Source: Candidatus Limnocylindrales bacterium
GTDB taxonomy: Bacteria; Chloroflexota; Limnocylindria; Limnocylindrales; CSP1-4
DNA: 56,526 nucleotides
Reading direction: 5' to 3'
Assembly (NCBI GenBank): GCA_040883225.1
Contig: JBFLKP010000169.1
Coordinates: forward strand, 1 to 56,526
Shown piece after piece: positions 52,529-56,526 of this stretch (positions are counted from its first letter, which is position 1; every line of letters starts with the position of its first letter). The translations under genes were made by a program, and so were the position numbers. The notes under the pieces are model-generated. The model ran no database searches and was not told where the DNA came from. It saw only the letters and a list, made by a program, of their open reading frames with translations.

Positions 52529-53020
52529 TCAGTGCAGGAGCCGTTCGGCCGCCGCTGCCACAGCCGCCCGCAGGCCGCGCTCGGCACCCCGCGTGTACGG
52601 GCCCGACGCGCGCCAGAGCACCAGGCCATCGACGTCGACGAGCAGCACCGCGACGTGGTCCTCGTCGGGGATGCCCAGCGGCTCGCGGAAGCCCGAGGCA
52701 TCGACGTAGAAGGTGAGCGTGCGTGCACGGGTCTCGGGATCGGGGATGCCACGGCGCATGATGTGGTCGAGGTTGCGCTGCGCGAGCGGGTCCATGCGCC
52801 CCACGACCGGCAGCTCGAAATAGCTGACCTCGTCGTACACGCGCTCGAGCGCCCCCAGCGCCGGGACCCAGCTGTCGACCTCGTATTGCTGCCAGCGCTG
52901 GTAGGCCACGAGCAGCACCGCCAGCCGGCCGTTGGGCAGCGTGCGGCGGACGCCGTTGAGGTCGCGCGTGCTCATCTGCGGCAGGCGGGCGATGGGCCGC
53001 TCGGTATCGGGCGCCGACAT
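52529..53020 (-). CDS. hypothetical protein
   Basis: 163 aa with good GC3. Starts 2 nt after the stop of the upstream SDR gene, so it is probably co-transcribed. No family recognised. Confidence 0.5.
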   Translation of the reverse strand: MSAPDTERPIARLPQMSTRDLNGVRRTLPNGRLAVLLVAYQRWQQYEVDSWVPALGALERVYDEVSYFELPVVGRMDPLAQRNLDHIMRRGIPDPETRARTLTFYVDASGFREPLGIPDEDHVAVLLVDVDGLVLWRASGPYTRGAERGLRAAVAAAAERLLH

Positions 53021-53022
53021 CG

Positions 53023-53817
53023 TCAGGCTCCTCTGCTGGTGGGTGGGGGCAGCTTGATGCCCGAGAGCCCGCCATCGACGGCGACCACCTGGCCGGTCAA
53101 CCAGCTCGTCTCGGGGCCGACGAGGAAGGCGGCCACGGCCGCCACGTCGTCAGGCTCGCCCACGCGCCCCAGCGGGTGCATGCGCTCGGAGATCTCGAGC
53201 GTGGACGGGTTCTCCACCAGCCGGCGCGTGAGGTCCGAGCGGACGAGGCCGGGCGCGATCGCGTTGACCCGGATGCCCCGCGCCGCGTAGGTCGCGGCCG
53301 CTGCGGTCACGAGCCCGTCGACCCCGCCCTTGGCGGCCGAGATGGCGTCGTGGTTGACGAGGCCGATGCGGGTCGCGGACGTGGAGAAGAAGAGCGCCGC
53401 GGCGGGCGTGCCGCGAGGCACCGCTCGGACGAAGGCACGGAGAGCGTAGAAGGCGGAGGTCAGGTTCGTGGCCACGACGGCGGCGAAGTCCTCGTCGGAG
53501 ACCGCGTGCGCGGGCCGCAGGAGCGTCGATCCCACGGCGTGCACCAGCGCGGTGGGCGGACCCATGCGCTCGGCGACCTGGCCGACGGCGGCGTCGACCG
53601 CGGCGGAAGCCACGGCATCGGCGGTGAACCACTCGGTGCCTGGGCCCAGTCGCCCAGCCAGCGCTGCGAGGCGGTCGGCATCGCGCCCGATGAGCGCCAC
53701 GCGCCAGCCGGAACGGAGCAGCTGCTCGGCCGTGGCCGAGCCGATGGCGCCGGTCGCGCCGCTCACGATGGCGACGCGGCCCGCATCCTGCTCCTGGGTA
53801 AGGGGTGTGTCTGACAT
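53023..53817 (-). CDS. SDR-family protein, atypical (catalytic Tyr position occupied by Ile)
   Basis: 264 aa. VSGATGAIGSA NAD(P) motif and IRVNAIAPG, but the YxxxK position reads ISAAK. Confidence 0.75.
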   Translation of the reverse strand: MSDTPLTQEQDAGRVAIVSGATGAIGSATAEQLLRSGWRVALIGRDADRLAALAGRLGPGTEWFTADAVASAAVDAAVGQVAERMGPPTALVHAVGSTLLRPAHAVSDEDFAAVVATNLTSAFYALRAFVRAVPRGTPAAALFFSTSATRIGLVNHDAISAAKGGVDGLVTAAAATYAARGIRVNAIAPGLVRSDLTRRLVENPSTLEISERMHPLGRVGEPDDVAAVAAFLVGPETSWLTGQVVAVDGGLSGIKLPPPTSRGA

Positions 53818-53838
53818 TCGATGGTCGTCCTTGATCGG

Positions 53839-54981
53839 CTAGTCGGCGATGACGATGGGCACGCCGATCTTCTCGAGCGAACCGAGGGTCATGCCCCGGA
53901 TGCGCTCGGCGACCGAGGGCTGGCGCACCGTGTCGGGCAGGACCACGACGCCGCCCTCGAAGCGCTTCACGGCCTCAGCGACGCCGTCGGAGCCGGAGCG
54001 CGTGGGAAACCAGCCGCCGGCGTCGACACCGAGGGCTTTGGCCGCGGTGATGGCCCTGGCCGTGCGAGCCCGGCCCTCACGGATGGCCGTCCCGGCGCCG
54101 AAGAGCGCATCGGGACGGGGGCGGAAGTCGTCATCGCCGCGGAGATCGCTGTAGGGCATGCCGAAGATGCTCTCGGCGCTGCGGTCGACGATGACCAGCC
54201 GCCGCTGCTCCTGGTGGGCGAGCGCGGCGGCGATACGGATGGCGCGCTCGCTGTCGTCGCGGCGCACCGCCAGCACGACCGCACCGGGTCCGGCACCGCT
54301 GGGCTCGACCTTCGTGTTCCTGATGGCTTCGGCCAGTGCCGCGCTGGCGGGGTCGGGCCGCGTGGGCTCGGCAGGCTCGGCGGTCTCCGCTGTGGGCTTC
54401 GGCGGGGCCGGCCGCCCGAACGTGCCCAGCACGGTGGCCAGCTCGGCGACCACCACGGGGTCGTCGGTGACGAAGCCGACGAAGGTCTTGCCCGGCGTCG
54501 CGGCGCCACCCAGCCCGAAGTTCTGGGGCTCGCTGGTCTCCCAGCTGACGAAGGCGACCCGTTCGGGCGCGTCGGTGACGAGGAACCAGTTGTTGGCGAG
54601 GCGGGCGTGGTCGGGGCTGAGCGAGCGGTATTCGACCCCCTCGATGGGGGAGTCGAGCTCGCCCTCACCGAAGGCGACGACCTGCGTGCCCGCGGCCACG
54701 AGCGCTTCGTAGCGGGGCCGCTCAAGCTCCAGCTTCTGTGCATTCTGGAAACCGACGAAGAGCCGGCCGCCTCGTGCTTCTCGCTCGACGCGGCGCGTCA
54801 GACGCAGCATCTCGCGTGCATCGTTGGTGAAGGTCGTGGCATCGGGGATGCGGCCGATATGCTCGGCGAGGCGTCGTCCGATCTCGAAGATGCCTTCGGG
54901 TCCGGCGCCCCTGGGAAAGTCCCAATCCATGTCGATGTTCCTCGTGCGTGGTGCCGACTCCTGGGTGTCGATGGAGGACAT
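53839..54981 (-). CDS. DICT-like sensory domain protein with C-terminal USP/adenine-nucleotide-alpha-hydrolase-like domain
   Basis: 381 aa from ATG 54981. LFVGFQNAQKLELERPRYEALVAAGTQVVAFG ... LANNWFLV ... FVGFVTDDPVVV fits the DICT pattern (FQ..RY..L, W-hydrophobic, DP..V). Pro/Ala linker, then a Rossmann-like C-domain ending GVPIVIAD. Confidence 0.55.
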   Translation of the reverse strand: MSSIDTQESAPRTRNIDMDWDFPRGAGPEGIFEIGRRLAEHIGRIPDATTFTNDAREMLRLTRRVEREARGGRLFVGFQNAQKLELERPRYEALVAAGTQVVAFGEGELDSPIEGVEYRSLSPDHARLANNWFLVTDAPERVAFVSWETSEPQNFGLGGAATPGKTFVGFVTDDPVVVAELATVLGTFGRPAPPKPTAETAEPAEPTRPDPASAALAEAIRNTKVEPSGAGPGAVVLAVRRDDSERAIRIAAALAHQEQRRLVIVDRSAESIFGMPYSDLRGDDDFRPRPDALFGAGTAIREGRARTARAITAAKALGVDAGGWFPTRSGSDGVAEAVKRFEGGVVVLPDTVRQPSVAERIRGMTLGSLEKIGVPIVIAD

Positions 54982-55163
54982 CGGAGTGACGTGGTGTCGC
55001 TGACTTGCTCCCCCACAGTAACAAATCGTGTCAAGGGTTTGTACAGACTCGCGGTTTCGATGCTGCCCCGAACTGACGCGGAGAAGGCACGACAAACCTT
55101 GCACAAGCGCGGTACAATCGGAGCCCGCCCGATCCATACGGTGCGGCCACTCGGAGAACCAAG

Positions 55164-56363
55164 ATGTTCGGATCCTTCCGGCTCGGCACCATCCTCGGCA
55201 TCCCCGTCTCGGCCAACTGGAGCGTGCTGCTCATCGCCGGCCTCATCGCCTGGAGCCTTGCCGGTCAGCTGTTGCCGGTCCAGGTCCCGGGCCTCGACGC
55301 TGGGGTCTACTGGTTGGCCGGTGCGCTGGCAGCAGCCTTCTTCCTGGGCTCGCTTCTGGCCCACGAGCTCTCCCACGCGATCATCGCGCGCCGCGAAGGC
55401 CTGACCGTCTCGGGCATCACGCTCTGGCTGCTCGGCGGCGTCGCCCGCATGGATGGCGATGCGCCGACCCCCGGCGCCGAAGCCCGCATCGCGGGCGTCG
55501 GTCCGCTCACGAGCTTCGTGCTGGCGCTCGTCTTCGGCGCTGCCGCCGCCGCGTTGACCCTCGCTGCCTCAGGTGAGCTTGCCGCGCTGGCAGCCGCCTC
55601 GGCGGGCTGGCTCGCGCTCGTCAACCTGGTCCTGGCGGTGTTCAACCTGCTGCCCGGCGCGCCGCTCGACGGCGGTCGCATCGCCCGCTCCATCATCTGG
55701 CGCCTCCGCGGTGACAAGCGTCAGGCCACGCGCTGGTCCACGGGACTCGGCCAGGTCCTGGGCTACGGCCTCATCGGGCTCGGCCTGTTCCGCGCGTTCG
55801 CGGGCGACCTCGGAGGCATCTGGTTCGTGCTGCTGGGCTTCTTCCTGAGCGGTGCCGCAGCCGCCGAGCGGCAGTCCTCCGAGCTCCTTGAGTCGCTCCG
55901 CGGCGTGCTCGTCGGCGACATCATGAACCGCGAGCCCTTGCGTGTTCCCGGCGGCCTCACCGTGGACACGTTCACCTCCGCTGCCGTTCGCGAGAGCCGT
56001 GCCTCGAGCTGGCTGGTGACCGGTGCCGGCGGGTCGGTCCTCGGCGTCCTGGGGTTGGACGCACTGCGCTCCGTGCGTGGCGATGACGCCCGCAGCACAC
56101 GCATCGGCGAGCTGGCGGTGCCGATCGAGCGTTGGCCGGTGGCGTACGTCGACGAGCTGGTCCTCGACGTTCTCCAGCGTGCAAGCAGCAGCGACGTCCG
56201 CGCGGTCGTTCGTGAGCGCGACCCGATCTCCGACGAGGTCCTGGGCCTGCTCTCGCCCGAGGACATCTCCCGCACCGTGGCCATCCGCGAGGCGGCCGGT
56301 GACCGTGGCGACAAGCGCACCTCGCGAGGAGACAACACCGATGAGGGCCGCGTGCTGCCATAG
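55164..56363 (+). CDS. site-2 protease (M50) family metalloprotease with C-terminal CBS pair
   Basis: 399 aa. HELSH zinc motif, NLLPGAPLDGGRI, and two CBS-like segments in the C-terminal 150 aa. Confidence 0.85.
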   Translation: MFGSFRLGTILGIPVSANWSVLLIAGLIAWSLAGQLLPVQVPGLDAGVYWLAGALAAAFFLGSLLAHELSHAIIARREGLTVSGITLWLLGGVARMDGDAPTPGAEARIAGVGPLTSFVLALVFGAAAAALTLAASGELAALAAASAGWLALVNLVLAVFNLLPGAPLDGGRIARSIIWRLRGDKRQATRWSTGLGQVLGYGLIGLGLFRAFAGDLGGIWFVLLGFFLSGAAAAERQSSELLESLRGVLVGDIMNREPLRVPGGLTVDTFTSAAVRESRASSWLVTGAGGSVLGVLGLDALRSVRGDDARSTRIGELAVPIERWPVAYVDELVLDVLQRASSSDVRAVVRERDPISDEVLGLLSPEDISRTVAIREAAGDRGDKRTSRGDNTDEGRVLP

Positions 56364-56413
56364 GCCATCGGGCCACAGCGGTCAGATGCCAAGCGCCACA
56401 GTCGGCGCTCCCC

Positions 56414-56526
56414 ATGCCTGAGGGCCCTGAGATCCGGCGTGCCGCCGACCGCATCGCCGAGGCCATCGAGGGCCAGACGGTCGAGGAGCTGTTCTTCGCG
56501 TTCGAGGCGCTCAAGCCGTGGCAGTC
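56414..56526 (+). CDS. nei: endonuclease VIII (Nei; Fpg/Nei DNA glycosylase), 3'-partial at window edge
   Basis: ATG 56414 opens MPEGPEIRRAADRIAEAIEGQTVEELFFAFEALKPWQ, nearly collinear with the E. coli Nei N-terminus (MPEGPEIRRAAD...FAFPQLKPYQ). Not in the ORF track because it runs off the window. Confidence 0.8.
   Translation, partial: MPEGPEIRRAADRIAEAIEGQTVEELFFAFEALKPWQ

Overview
Very GC-rich, gene-dense chromosomal segment with actinobacterial-style coding: G/C at almost every third codon position, many GTG starts, 1-4 nt start/stop overlaps, and long Arg/Gly-rich antisense shadow ORFs. I call about 58 protein-coding genes. I found no rRNA, tRNA, CRISPR array, integrase or transposase. 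All family assignments rest on motif and architecture recognition by eye; no HMM or BLAST search was run.

Recognisable content, left to right:
- a TelA / XpaC-like / solute-binding-vWA lipoprotein operon, then F420-type LLM oxidoreductase, tandem USP, YbaK-like deacylase and a divergent PlsY-like protein
- mgtE followed by a translationally coupled retropepsin-like protease / AstE-AspA-type peptidase / RimK cassette, where RimK carries a TrkA-C-like tail, then a barrel-less PEP-utilising enzyme
- a TPP-dependent decarboxylase, and a stress cluster of DUF2254, Dps, an orphan OmpR-type regulator and CsbD
- PepP, then the circularly permuted ATP-grasp / alpha-E / transglutaminase triad
- DUF1684, DUF2161, GNAT and a MarR-YceI pair
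- J-domain protein / DadA-like oxidase / beta-lactamase-fold hydrolase
- an NAD-type formate dehydrogenase operon fdsGBA-fdhD-mobA
- a secreted collagen-like protein with 48 uninterrupted Gly-X-Y triplets
- a TetR-controlled cupin/HAD/RpiB/GlcG operon and a hydroxy-acid/deoxy-sugar-acid gene set (Ldh_2, GhrB-like, FAH, two SDRs)
- an Fe-S (6-4) photolyase-type cryptochrome, pdxH, a DICT-USP protein operon, a CBS-containing site-2 protease and the 5' end of nei

No single element is unmistakably an unprecedented system. The best candidates are:
- the poorly characterised multi-gene modules (TelA/vWA, RimK cassette with a TrkA-C fusion, cpATP-grasp triad)
- the acidic collagen-like protein
- a 67-bp direct duplication of a back-to-back convergent stop-codon junction, flanking a structured 166-bp insert
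- several small tandem repeats, including an octanucleotide x5 in a divergent promoter and a 21-bp duplication of a stop codon
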